From contig JAAILG010000356.1 of NCBI GenBank assembly GCA_012026655.1, forward strand, positions 1-64,000: a DNA stretch of 64,000 nt, written 5' to 3'. Under the pieces are notes generated by a model. It saw only the letters and a list, made by a program, of their open reading frames with translations. It was not told the DNA's origin and made no database searches. The position numbers and the translations under genes are program-made. Shown piece by piece: positions 14,321 through 27,265 of the stretch. Numbering within the stretch: position 1 is the stretch's first letter; every line of letters starts with the position of its first letter. This DNA comes from Hydrolagus affinis. Taxonomy: Eukaryota.

Positions 14321-17300
14321 TGGTAATTTGGTGAACCAAACGGGGCAAATAATCAGGTACTGTTATGCTACCTAAACAGCTTCAATTTCAGCTTAAACAG
14401 CTTCAAAGAGTGACACAAAGACCCCAGAATCTAACTATGTGCTGGGTTCCCTGTTCTCGCAGGTCAGAAATATGACCTGAAACTGAAAAGTTTGTACACC
14501 CCTGAAACGATAGTGTGAAGTTGTTTCCTGTTGCTGAACTGGAAATATATATATATTTTTTTAAAAAGTTTAATTCTCTCAACAAGCATTCTCAAATCAA
14601 ATTTTCAACAAGTCTTCAAAAACAATGGTAGCGTAACAGTGGCATTGTCAACAGAATAGGAAAAAATAATTCAGGGAGTGATGCGTATAACTTTACATGG
14701 TTTAAGTTATTATTTTTAGCATCAGCAAGTCAATAATCCACCATATCTGTTTAGATGTTTGTGCGAGTGTTGCTCAGATTCAACGGCTGGTCGGCCCTGT
14801 ACATGTGATTCAATGTACAAACCATGTTGAATATGCAACTAAATGTACAGTATTAAATAGTGCATGTCCTAACTTCTGACCCGAGCAGCAGTGTTTGTGG
14901 TTCCTCATGTTGTGTCAGGCAGAGCGTGTTAAAATTTGGCAAAAGGTCAATTTGGTTATCTGAGCAGAAGGGCCGAGCATTATAGAGATCAAGCAAAGGT
15001 CGAATAACCTTAGAAATAGGAGACTTGCTTAGCTGGATTAGCATACATTATAATCACCTCCCTCCACATCCCTCCTCTCTTTACTCAACCAGGAGCAAAA
15101 CATTACACCAGCATTAGAAAGGTACTGTACTAAAGTACACATCCATTACTTTATGCCTATAGTGAGACATTGCAAATTTTCTGTTGCGTTTGCCTACAAA
15201 GTAGTTATTACATTTCAAAGTAAGATGCTTCGAGAGTCCTTCCAACATGAAGGGTGCTTTATCAAGTTTAAGGACTATATTGTTGTTGTGCAAAATGGGC
15301 ATAGAGCATAAAATCACAGATTAAAATCAAAATCTTAAAATGCATACTGAAAATGAGGCATTTAAAACTACTTTTTAATACATAAATCTGTGGCAGGCCC
15401 CGTCATTGACATCCTACTACCAAAAGAGTTGGATTCTTCAAGAGAATTCCAAATCAGATGAATTGGGATTCAGCACTTCCATTTCAGGGCTAGTCTCCAG
15501 CTTTCATCTGTGAATGTGGCATTTATTTTTTAATATAATGGCAAGCCTTGTAGATGACAGACATCAATTTTCCTCTGGCTTCGAGCCATGTCCAGCATTC
15601 GAATTCTTCTACATTTGTTCCAGATGTCCTCTTCGTAATCTTAACAAAATCTATTGTAAAAGATAATGGAATGAAATCCATTCAATTCACTCCTGCTCCC
15701 GATCCCTTGGCATCAGTAATTCAACAGACAATCTGCAAAAATCACCACTCCATGCAGTAATTTTATTCTATGGCCTGAAATTGTCACTACCCTTCACAAC
15801 ACTTAATTAATTAAAAAAAATCTCTAGTTTGAGTGATGAAGAGTTCTGCAGTACTTCCATTGAACTTGACCTGTAATGCAGTTACAGCCATCAGCTACTT
15901 CTGTGTTGGGTGATGATGTGTTAGTCCCATATCTAGTAGTTCACAGTTTTAAACTGACCTTTTAGGCAGCTGATATGTGACCTCTATAAAGGCCTGGCCA
16001 CTTGAATATATGATTCCTCCTTTCCACTTGGCTAATAAACTACTGCAGTCATCACCTATTATCTTGTTGTATGTGCGCATACACACACTTTTTTTTGTCT
16101 TATGTTAATTCAACCTTCACGAATTTCAGTTTTGTTTCTGTAATGTGGATTTCGAACAAAGCAGTTTGGCCTGAAATTGCTGTTCCTGGAGCATGTGTCT
16201 AACGTGAATGAGGAACTCAAGCCCCCACCCCACCCCCAAGCCTGTATCAGTGCAAAATTTGTGAATTTTTCCACAGGGCACCGAGTAGTCAAACCTCATT
16301 AGGTAAAATCTATCTAAGTAAGGTGTGGCACAAATGCTTGCCCTTTGTGGGGGGTTTTTTATATTAAAAAAACTGTCTCATGGGAGGGCTGGACATCTGC
16401 AGTGTTCCTGAGGTAAGTGGTTGTTGCTCTTATTACATAATTCTTCTGTACTGTGCTACCAATTTGTGTAAATTAAGATTGTCTGTTTCACTGCATTGGA
16501 ATTTTCTCGCAGTGTAAAGAGGCACAAATAGTGTTTTCAACCGAGTGCATAAGAGCAAGATTGGATCACATCTGCAATTTGGTATGGTGAAGGTGTCCGC
16601 TTAGAAAATTATATTGCACATTCCAAAACCATGTAATGGATTGCAGGATTGGATTCCCAGAAAGCAAACTGCAGCTCAAGGATGAGGGATTAAGATTCTT
16701 TCTCAGTAAATTTAATTAATTACAAGTTTCCGTTTGCATAACAAACTTCCCTCCCTGCCACCACCCCCACCCATAAGAAAAACTGTACGTTTCAGTTCAT
16801 TTAATTGACTATTCAAAAAGCGCAGTTCTGCCAATGAAGGTGGATTGACACCATTCCCTATGAATGTTATTCTATGTGGAGGATGTTTTTTTTTATAGCT
16901 GCAAGTGGTAGTTGTAGTTCCAATGTCAATTGTAATGCAATCTTTCATGTTTAGTCGTGGGCTGTTGCTAGCCTATTGGTTCCTCGTTTCTCCGAGTGCT
17001 GGCAGCTGAGGAGCTATATCAAGGATTCAGAGAAGGGAGGTGATTCATTGATAAGGACTGGGTCAATAATACTCTCAGATTGTTGCATAATTTGTTCAAT
17101 TGTGCATATGTTTAACTGAGATCTGAATGGCTGGAGGTTGGTTTTGGGGGATGGGGGTAGGGTGGGGCGGTGTGGTGGGGGGGTGGGGGTGGTGATGATT
17201 AATCTGCACCAGAAAGTCATGTAACTACCATGAGTAAAATGAGACATCATCAGTGTATAGTATAGAAGTAGGATTCAATTTCCGTGTGCTTAATAATCCC

Positions 17301-17623
17301 AGTTAAAAAAATACATACTGTATATATATTTCCTGATATACATCGGACTGTGTAAATGGAAATTGCTGGCTTTCAATGGGAGCATTGCTTACACATTGCT
17401 GCACAGGTACTTCTCAGCAGTGAAAGAGGTTTGGTCACACCTCTCATGTAGTAGATCGAGCAGGGCAAGTGCAGGAACAACAGGGATGTGAACTGCTTAC
17501 TTCTCTGCCAGATATCCATTGTTTGGATCCCAAAAGCTCGGCTGTAAATTGCCAGGGGGCACATGGCAATGGGGTGAAACGGTGGAGAAAGGATCATGAA
17601 AAATGTTCCCTATGCAGCCCAAA

Positions 17624-17722
17624 AAAAATCCTTACATTTGATACAGTGTATCAAAGGATGTCTCAAAGCGCCTCACACGATTTACCATAAACTGAAATGA
17701 CTGCACGTTGGTAGGCAGACGT
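17624..17722 (-). mobile_element. SINE 3' tail fragment
   Basis: atccttacatttgata...gatgtctcaaagcgcctcac...gaaatgactg is the reverse complement of the SINE tail. Confidence 0.65.
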
Positions 17723-17940
17723 AACACCAACAACACCAACTTGCATTTATATAGCACCCCTCACACAGGGTAGAGTCCCAAAGTACTTGTTGCAGCGCGG
17801 TGCAATTGCGCACAGCAAGGTACCGCAAACAGCCATGAAATACATGACCAATTTTATGTGGGGGATTGCTAGCCAGGACACCAGGAGAAACTCCCTTCTC
17901 TTTTTGTACAGTGCCATGAACGTCCGCATAAGTTAGCAGG
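17723..17940 (-). mobile_element. Deu-domain SINE, 5'-truncated
   Basis: (CAA)n-ttgcatttatatagcacc tail, caattgcgcacagcaa, gccaggacaccaggagaaactccc...gtgccatg. Confidence 0.8.
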
Positions 17941-19075
17941 AAAAGTGACGAGCCATGAATTTGCATTGTGCAAGTGTCGTTCTGTTCTTCATCAGGTGGC
18001 ATGTGAGATGGAATTGCCCATAGAATTTTGAAAGAAGAGACAACCAGTAACCTTTCGTTTACAATCTTATTAATATTGATTTTTTTTTTTGCACGCGCGT
18101 GCGTGTTGTTCTGCTGAAATAAGGACGTCAGAATGACAGTGCCTACAAATTGTCTGCGGTACTAATGAATCAGATAAAAGTAAACAAAAAAAGGAGCATA
18201 AAATACAATTATTACTGCCCTTTCTCACAGGCAGACGACTGCATATTATTGAAGATTCAATGGCCCACTGTCTCCAGCATAATAAGTGAAATGAGACAGG
18301 GACACAAAGAGATAAATTATTTCTGGTGAATTTTTTTTAATATATATCATGTTGACCTTTAGAATGAAGATGAAGTCAGACTTGGGTAAAACAAATAGCC
18401 ACATTTCATCTTTGGTTAGCCTTAGAACCCGACCTTTGAACTTAATTTTCCATCTGAACCTATTTCCATGCACCATTTCCCCACAGTACCGATAAGTGCT
18501 TGGTGCTGAGTGACGATGATTAGAAACATATTTTATTTAGTGTGATAAGAAAGCATTACTTAATATGCCATAATATTCCTTTCTAACACGTCCCCATTAC
18601 AAGACACCAAGGGCTGATAGATAGCTGGGAATGAGATCAAAAAAGAGCCACATACAGTGCTTCAACTTCCCACTCCCTTCATATTATTATCGTATCATCA
18701 ACCCCACTATCTCTAACATAAGAGTCAAGGGGTTGGAAGCAAAGATATTTATAAGAGAGCGCGAGATTGGGCTCGGGTCAGACGAAAGGGTAATTATTGT
18801 AAAATGTCAGGTTAACACTGAGAGTCTCAGTTCATCCAACTGAGAGGAGATTAGTCCAGATGGAGACATTTTCTACACTGCGACGCAGCCAATGGGAAAC
18901 GTTCAGGATTAGCTCTGCACCTTCTCTCATCTCCACTCACTAAAGGTCATTTTCTACTCATTGCTTCTCTCCTAAGATGTGCCTCTTTATTTGTGCAGCT
19001 CAGGCAGGAAATAGGGCCTTTTTATCAGTAAATTAAATATTCAGAGTTTAAAAGCCGGTATTTTTGTGACCATTT

Positions 19076-19099
19076 TCTCTCTCTCTCTCTCTCTCTCTC
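19076..19099. repeat. (TC)12 microsatellite
   Basis: Directly visible dinucleotide run. Confidence 0.95.
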
Positions 19100-21304
19100 A
19101 AGACCACTTTCATCTTGGTTAATAGGGGGGGAATTGTTGTAGAAAAATGTCAACCCGGCAGATTTTACAGTGCTATTTTTTTTAGCTCGATGGATTTAAT
19201 CATTTTAAATGCTTTGGAGCTTTTTTTTGCAAGCTTATAGGTTAACCATCACGTTATAAATTATATAGGTTTTCGATATGGCTGCGTAAATGTCTTAAGA
19301 GTTCAGCTCATGGGTCTGGTTTGGTGCTGTGACATGTAGTTTGACACCAGAACTAGCTACATTGGTCACTGTTAACGGAATGCATTGCTTTTGCCTTCTT
19401 TTGGTTAGGGTCATTTGCTTGAACTTTCTGTTACTTCAGTGTTCGGTGGATTAGGTGAGACCGAATTTTGCTGATTTTCTGCTGTTAGCTTTGGTACTTT
19501 TCCAGGTATATCATGCTTTTTCACTGGTGGTTTTACAGCATTGTGCTGAAGCTCTCTCTTAGTACAGTAGTTGGAGAAACATACTGATCAATGTTTATGG
19601 GACACTGCTGTGCGCAATTGGCTGCCATGTTAATATCAAGTTATTGTCTTCACAAAATCCTCTAAAATAGAAAGCAAGTACACATCTTGAAAGCCGAGAA
19701 AGAAATTAAATCTGCAAAAAGTTAATGATTGTTTTGATGGACAAATCTAGCCAAATTTCAAAGAAATGAGAAGTACACACGTATTCAATTTTGTGACTTT
19801 TATTTAAATAACAGTTTCCTTTGAACAAACTCTCACTCATTCATCATCCGTAGTTTAAGCAGTACTGAATATGTTCTCTCTTGAACAAACTCCCTGAAAT
19901 TAAAACCTTTTTTAAAAACAGTTCTATTTTATCCAGTCCACATTGTAAAAAGAAAATAATATTCCAAGCTTTGTTTCACAAATTATTTTTGTTTTAAAAA
20001 ACAGTATTATTCAAGTATTTCTTACAGATGGCTGTCCTTATTTCATATATTCTAAATTTAAATCTCTTCCTTGCAGATATTACTAATTATCTGGCCTGAA
20101 AATCTATACAAAGACTAGCCTCATCCCTCCAAAAGAGAATCTGTGTATCCCAAACCCCCTCCCCACAACCCACCCCCCATCCCCAGATCTGAAAAAAACA
20201 TTATTAAGAGAGCAATGCGTCAACTCTGCTTTGACAATATTATTCCGAGGTGGGTTGTGAGAGGGTGGTGTGGGCGATGTAAATGTCAGATTGCAGTATC
20301 AGGAGCGCCTCGTAATGCTTGGGATTTAGATATGTTAGCGGACAGCACAGTGGTGGAGTCTCAGTGTTAATTCACACAACTCCAAGGCAGCATCAGGCCT
20401 GCGAGTATTTGATGTGGTCATTTCTTCACAAAGATGAGGGCCCATTCCTGAGAAATATCAGTTCTCACTTTGCGAAGCAAGAAAGGTGGCAATGTACGAG
20501 TATCTGGAACACTCAACAAAGGCAACCAGCAAAACATAATGGAACTAAATACTGGTTACAACAATAAAATTTGACTCACTCAATGTTTGGACATTGCACA
20601 TTTTAAAATAAAACTCTGTATAATTAGAACTATTCAGCGCTATCAAAATAATAAATACTCTTGATAACGTTTTCTTTCAACATATGTTCATTCAGATCAT
20701 GTCAATATCCAGGAAAGACATGTATGAATATTAAATATGAAAAGGTTATGAAAATAAAGCTCAAAAGAAGTTCTTCCGATTTAAAACACGGATGCCAACA
20801 ATAACTTAAAGCTGAAAGGTTTTTAAGACAAGTTTTACTAATGTATTGCCAATTTAAGTTATTAAATGAAAACATAAAAAGATGACCTTCAGTTTCAACA
20901 AATATAAATTTATGATGTTCATCATGCAGGACATGGGAACTAAATATTTTCAGTGTTCTGTGAAAGGAAAAGATAACATGAACCAAAGTATTCTGCATAT
21001 TTTATATCATCTGTCACAGAAACTTTGACATAACTTTGTCAGCCCATTAAATTAATGCAACAGTATTTTTTTGCTGGCCAATGTAGATCTGCAATTAATT
21101 AAAAATAAACACATTCTCATAGGCACCAATGTGATGTACATCAAAATGATTTCATTCAAATTGTTTAACAACATCTATGAAATATCCCTTTTTAAAAAAA
21201 ATGCAACTATTTGAATTTAATCAGTTTGCATTTACTTTAAAGAACAATTTAAAGAAATAAGAACTGTGCAGTTCATCACAAGCTTGGTAGAAATGTAAAA
21301 TGGT

Positions 21305-21665
21305 GCATAGTGTAATGGATAGAGCTTAAAGACTAGGAAATTATTGGCTTAGATCCTGGTCATGCTGAGTTTGCTGTTCAGTGCATCACAGCTTGCCTAG
21401 GATTAGATGGGGGTTAACAAGCCAGAGTTCTTGCTCCTCGCTCCTCTGCAACACTGGTTTTGTGTGGGTGTGGCAGCCGGGCGGGGAGAGGTCAGACTCT
21501 GCTCTACACCATATAAACTTGAGTGGCCTGCCATTGCTTGGTGTCAAGATTTGCACATGGTCATTTGATTGGGAAACTGGAGGGCAACCAGTGTCTGTGG
21601 AACCACAATCCACCACCGCAAGTGGAGGTCAGACCAGGAGCAGAGTAGTGGGGAGAAAATTGGAA
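21305..21665 (+). mobile_element. Old SINE, AmnSINE2-like
   Basis: Degenerate tRNA-like head, then colinear motifs gctgagtttgctg, agccagagttcttgctcct, actggagggcaaccagtgtctgtggaacc, ggggagaaaattg resembling the AmnSINE2/shark consensus as I recall it. Confidence 0.5.
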
Positions 21666-22189
21666 GAAAAAATTGGACACACTAAATCTCTTGAAAGAAA
21701 AATGTAAAATGGTTTGCAACATTACTCTGAATCTGAAATAACGGAATAGGTTAAAGTAGTAAGTTATCTTCATAATAGCATTAACATTTCATAAATGTAA
21801 TGAGTTTCAAATGAGATTTATTGGTTTTCTTCCAGTGTTGAAATGAGCTGGTCGAACTGAGAGACCTTCTGACTCTTTGTGAAACTCCACACTGCCCTGT
21901 TTTGATTATATGTGCTATGTCTGGCACCTGACTCTGTGTATCAAGGGGATGAAAAAAACTGAAATCCAACCACAGCAAATTCGAAATATCAGAAGAGGAT
22001 AAGACCTGGGCTGCAGTGAAGCCTTGTGCTGATTAGAGTTTGAATCTTACAACACATTTTTAAAATATACATTGAAGGATAAATTCACATGTGTTCTCTA
22101 ACTGTAAATTAACCAGTATGTGTGTGGATTAGGTAGAGATTAGAAAAAAAAAGTGGATGGGAGGCAAGAAGAAAATAAGGGGAATAAAG

Positions 22190-22365
22190 ATTTTTCTTCC
22201 TGCAGAAGGATACTGGAAAGAGTGGTTAGTGTAATAACATGTAAATGGAGTGAGGAATTAACATTCGAGTTGCATTCTATGATTCTATGATTCATTGCAG
22301 GTGCTTGAACCATTGTAGGCTCAGTAGGCTACAAGGCCTCTTCCTGAACTGCAAAGTTTGATGTA
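22190..22365 (+). mobile_element. CR1 LINE 3' end remnant(s)
   Basis: CR1-type terminal octamer repeat attctatgattctatgattc, followed by ggctacaaggcctcttcctg resembling a CR1 3' UTR. Confidence 0.5.
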
Positions 22366-24967
22366 TGCCACTTCCACAATGCCAGCAAAGATGTTTTACC
22401 ATGTGCATGCCTCCGGAGTTAATTTAGCACCACATTGACACTGCGGATCAGTCCTTGCAGGCAATGAGGCAACAGTTGTAACTTGTGTTCTTCCCTCAAA
22501 AAAAGCACAACGAGGAGAAAGCCATTATCCCATGTGTTATACGAAAAGGTGGTTTTTATTATGTTGGAAGGAAGTTTGACTGCTGATAATTAAAAACCTC
22601 TCAACATTCTGTGCAACCGTTCTAGTTTAGGGATCGATAATCAACGTGTACAGGATGCCTGTGTTGATGTTACACCAAACTGGTAGTTTGGCTTTTCATC
22701 ACGACAGAGAAATGAACAGCTCGATCTCATTAGTCCTGTTCGCTTCAGAGGCACTCATCTACACTGTCTCACTTCTTGTTAAGCAGGTAATGTTGCTCTT
22801 GTCATGATCTTCTTCAAAACCACATCTATTTTAATTGGGTAACGGGCCAGTTTGCTTCAAATGCCTCAGTCCTGTTAAGCCAAGATTAAAAATTCACCCA
22901 CCAATAAGTTATGGAGAAAGGAAGTAAGGCTAATAAATAGTGTCAGACCATTATCTAAATATATATTATACAATCTGCATGTAACATTTACAGCAGTTAT
23001 CTCCTCTAGGCAATATATTTGGACTAATTAAAATAATGGGGCGAAGCTCTCTCCAAACAAAAATATTCAGCTGATATTTCTAATACACATAAACAAAAAT
23101 ACAATCCAGAATATATTTGAACAGTGCATGCAATTAGATACATATAACAAGTGCGTAATCAATGGACAGCTTTTAGATTGTACTTAAAAATGAATATGTA
23201 TACAGCATTTATTTAGCAATTATTGTGTCCTTTATTATCTACCTGTGAAATGGACTGTATGCTACTCCAGCATTTACCACTCAAATGATCCCTTAGAGCT
23301 GAGATCTTGTATTTAAGCAATTGTATTTGCCTCTCTCTTTTCCCTGTCAAATCAGAGTGTGACATTGGAAATAGCATTGTACATTACTACTGCAAGTCTG
23401 TAAGTCCCAAAGATCAGTTTATCCATATTATTTCAAGTACTGGCTTTTTCCAATGGGAATGAGGTAATATGGGGTGGTGAGATGGGGGTTAAGACTAACT
23501 TAATCTTTAGAATAATGCAAAAATATTACGTCATATTATTTATAGTCTGTATAACCCTCCCAATGCTAATTTGTTTCTGAGCTTATGAATGCAAACAGCT
23601 TGCACTCTGTACCAATCCTGCTATGTAACCTGCCCAGGAAGAGAGGCACAAGAGTGAGCATGCCCATTGCCAGAGTCTAACCTCTGCTTGGTTCCCGGCC
23701 TCTCCTCACTTAGATTAGCTGAGGGTAGGAACTCTCCTTGTGGGAAATAACAACGATAAACCTGCTTCTGAGTGCTCCTAACCGCACAATAGTTCCAACT
23801 TTTTAAAATTGGATATAAAAAGTAAGATAAAACAAAAAGGTTTTTTTTTGCTAACGTGCGTCTCTTAAGAATTTTCTGTCCACATTAATAAAAGGGAATG
23901 AACCTAAAAAGCCAATGGTAATGGGCTTGGCATGGGTCATAAAAGATTGACTGGTCTCTGTAGGATTATAAAGCGTCTTGCAATCAGAAATAGAGTGCAT
24001 CAATTGAATGACAGCAAAGTGATGATTTATGATAATTTTCACCATTTTAAGGATTACTTTCCCTATTATAAGGCAGAACCGATGCAAGATGTAATATTTA
24101 CCAGCAGAATAATATTTTCAAATGATCCATCCATATGATTTAATGGACTGAGCCCAAAGTACATTAGTGTTATTTTTTTATCCCCAAAAAAGGTTTCACA
24201 AACTAATTTGAAAGAGATTGCACTGAAAATAAGGACTTTATAGAAGGAACACAAATAAAATTTTCATAGCGTACAGAAATGCCCTTAATTCATTTATCTG
24301 ATGCTAAATAATGTGCTGTCACATGTGCTATGCCCAACTGCATTTGGACATAATTGCTTGTAGTAAGATTGAATGTTTAAATGTTATTCTCAGTTACAAT
24401 TAATCAACTGCAGTTTTCGTGTTTTTTTTAAAAAATGAATGAGTTTCAAAAGGGCTATTGTACCAAGGCAAAAACTATCACTGTAGAACCGGCACCCAGA
24501 AATATGCTGAGAACTGTACATTTTATTCTGAGTATTAAAATAATATGAAGTTATATAAACACTGATCTGCAGGATGACAGCTTACTGAATTTATATAGGA
24601 AGATTGTCACTGAAAACACACATTCCAAAAGGCAGGGTTAATTGTTCGTCTTCCTTGGTGCCAGCATTCGATTTATCCCCCTGTGCTCTCCTTCGCCACT
24701 CTGAACTCTGCTGCAAACTTCACCGCTTGTCAGTCCTAAACTGATGCTCTTTGCGGTTAACATGCAAGCAAAGGGAATAATCTGATCGCTATCTTTGCAG
24801 CTGAGATCTGCATCGTAAACCTTATGATTTTCTGCTGTCTTGCACAAGCGCTTTCATCACATTTAAATTAGTTTTGAAGGACTATTATAATTTCACTTCA
24901 TAGCTGCCGTAATTGTTCTGAAGCATAATTATCTTTTTTCAAAATCATTTTGTCTCTTTTTTTTATA

Positions 24968-25172
24968 ATCCACCGTCTTTTGTCTCATTCTATAGGGGTA
25001 GTGCCCCTTTCATCCAGCTGCTTTCTTTTATTTTTTTTCCATTGAAATTCCTTTAATCCTGGCTGGAGACAGACAACCTTTCCCTCCCCTTCGTTGTCCA
25101 TTTTATTTCCCCCTCCCCCTTGCCCCTTATTACTTCAGGCAATCTAATCTGCATCTTTAACTCTTTCTAGTC
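24968..25172 (+). mobile_element. Possible Penelope-like element 3' UTR/pLTR remnant
   Basis: Pyrimidine-rich tract ending catctttaactctttctagtcc, resembling my recollection of the shark Penelope segment just upstream of the CTGATGA hammerhead core. Confidence 0.35.
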
Positions 25173-25480
25173 CGCTACGGCATTCTTGCCTTGTATTCAG
25201 AATTACCACCAAAATCAGAACTGCCCAATTTAGTTAGACAGCACCAACCACATCACTGGACAAGCCTTTTTGCCCGTCTGTTTATATCCATCTAGCAATT
25301 GGAAGAAACTGATGTTGGCAAAAGATATTTACAACTTTTGTAAATTTCATTTCCCTAAAATGTGCAATTTCTATTTCCCAGGTGGAAAACATTTAAAGGA
25401 ATCCCAATTATCCTTTCCCCCCACCAACTGATGTCATAGTCTCTGCTGACTCTCTCGTGCAGTGATGAGAGGGGTAGGGG

Positions 25481-25785
25481 AGGGCTGCATTGTGTGAGGT
25501 GCTGTTAAACCAAGGTTCTGCCTGCCTGTTTTGGTTGACATTAAAGATCCCATGGCACTATTCGAAAAAAGAAGGGAGATTCTCCCTGTGTTGTGGCCAG
25601 CCAAATAAAATTGGTCATTCACTTCACTCTATTTGTGGGACATTGCTGTGTGCAAAATTGCTTGCATCTGTCTAAAAAAATACAGTCACTTCACTTTACA
25701 GCAAAGATCCTGCAAAGAGCTTTGGGACATTCCCCCCAATGTGCGCCAAAGGCGCTAAATCAAATGCAAATATTATTATATTAAT
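25481..25785 (+). mobile_element. Deu-domain SINE (body and tail)
   Basis: gacattaaagatcccatggcactattcg (near-perfect Deu core), tgtgggacattgctgtgtgca, tail aaaggcgctaaatcaaatgcaaatattatt. Confidence 0.85.
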
Positions 25786-27207
25786 ATAAATCTGAAGTCT
25801 TTTCGCAAAGCAAGGGAAAACAGCTCTCCCGGGGAGAGGTGCAGAGCTGAAAGGGTTACTGTCATACTGCCAGAGCTATTGATGCTGCTCCAGCTTTCTA
25901 CTTCGCACATTGGGACCAGCCGACCATCGCCTCATTGTTAGCACCTTTGGCTCCACAATAGAAGCCAATTTGTTAGAATTTTTTTACAGGTCAGAGGCTG
26001 TTTGAAGATGCTGAAGCTGCAGCGGCTGAGAGAAAATGAAGCTGTATTTGCTCGGCAAATTACATGTCTCCCGCATTTTATGGGCACAGTGCTTCAAAAA
26101 ATTTTTTTTTTCCCCTTTGCATGCATGTGTGTGATATCGTCACAGATCCAGTTAACGGAGGTTAATAGATTGATTTCAGTGACACGGATCATAATGAACA
26201 GTAAATTGTTTTATCTCTTAAGTCTTATTTGGTCAGCCAGGAAAACATATGAGGTAATATGGTTCAGAGTAAATGGGCCATATAATAGATCTCCTGCTAA
26301 ACCATAAGGACAGGGGTGACAGCCCTGCAATGATTAATGAAAATAATAAAGTTCCTGAAATTGAAATTTTTCTAATTTTTTTCCACCAAAACATCAGCAG
26401 GGATGATTTGTGGCAACTGAAGAGGGACTTTTGCAATAACCGGATTGGAATTTGTTCATGGCTTCCATAATCAATTCCTTACTGATTTGAACCAGGCAAA
26501 ATATTTTCCTACAAACACGTTCATCACTTGCAGTCCAGCTGACGTACAGGGGTTGTGCCCTAAAGTTTTTCCCTTTAGAACATCTCTGTAGACGTCCTTG
26601 AATTTTAGGCCTCTTTGTTTGCTTTGGGTGGGGGATTTGCTTACCCTGGCACAGAACTAAGACTGGTCAAGGTTTTTATATTGTGTTTATTGGGTTTTTA
26701 TCATCATATCAGTATCTTCTTCACAAATTCATGTCAGGGTGTTATGAGCCCGTAGGGATTTCATGCTGTTGTTCTTGTCTTCAAACCAAAAGGTAAATTA
26801 AAGGGTGAAAGGACTGCATATGTTAAAGGAATTTGCTATCCGGGGTTTATAGCTGTGCGTTAATAACTCACAAAGAGATGCTATCTTTTTGCTGACACAG
26901 GCCATGAAAGAAAATTCTTAAAATCTCAAGTCAAATCCATATACTTTAATTCTTATAATAAACCGGGAGTTTTGCCAAGTCTTAAAAAAAACAACAACAA
27001 GAAACTCCAGCCAGTTTTAGAATTAAAAAAAACAATTCTGAACCACCAGGATTGATTTTTGAGTAGAATTATGCTTTCTTTGTGGGAAGAAGTGTTTTTG
27101 TGCATTTTAGGCAAACTTTTCAGACTTATTGAACTCGTGAAAAGCGGCCTGATTTAGATAATCATTTTGAATGATCACGAGAAGGTTGATGTTAATGCCA
27201 CAATTTA

Positions 27208-27265
27208 CAACAACAACAATTTGCATTTATATAGTGCCCTTCGCTCTTGACAGAGTTTTGAAGCC
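27208..27265 (-). mobile_element. L2-type 3' tail
   Basis: caacaacaacaatttgcatttatatagtgccctt. Confidence 0.7.

Noticed and set aside
15554-15760. Minus-strand open frames after acceptor-like sites
   Set aside because: No recognisable peptide, no matching donor and no partner exons.
16115-16266. Weak inverted repeats (ttcacgaattt/aaatttgtgaa), possible MITE
   Set aside because: Short, imperfect, AT-rich and without a TSD.
16381-16420. Strong + strand donor GAG|GTAAGT
   Set aside because: No good upstream acceptor or open frame; isolated donors are expected by chance.
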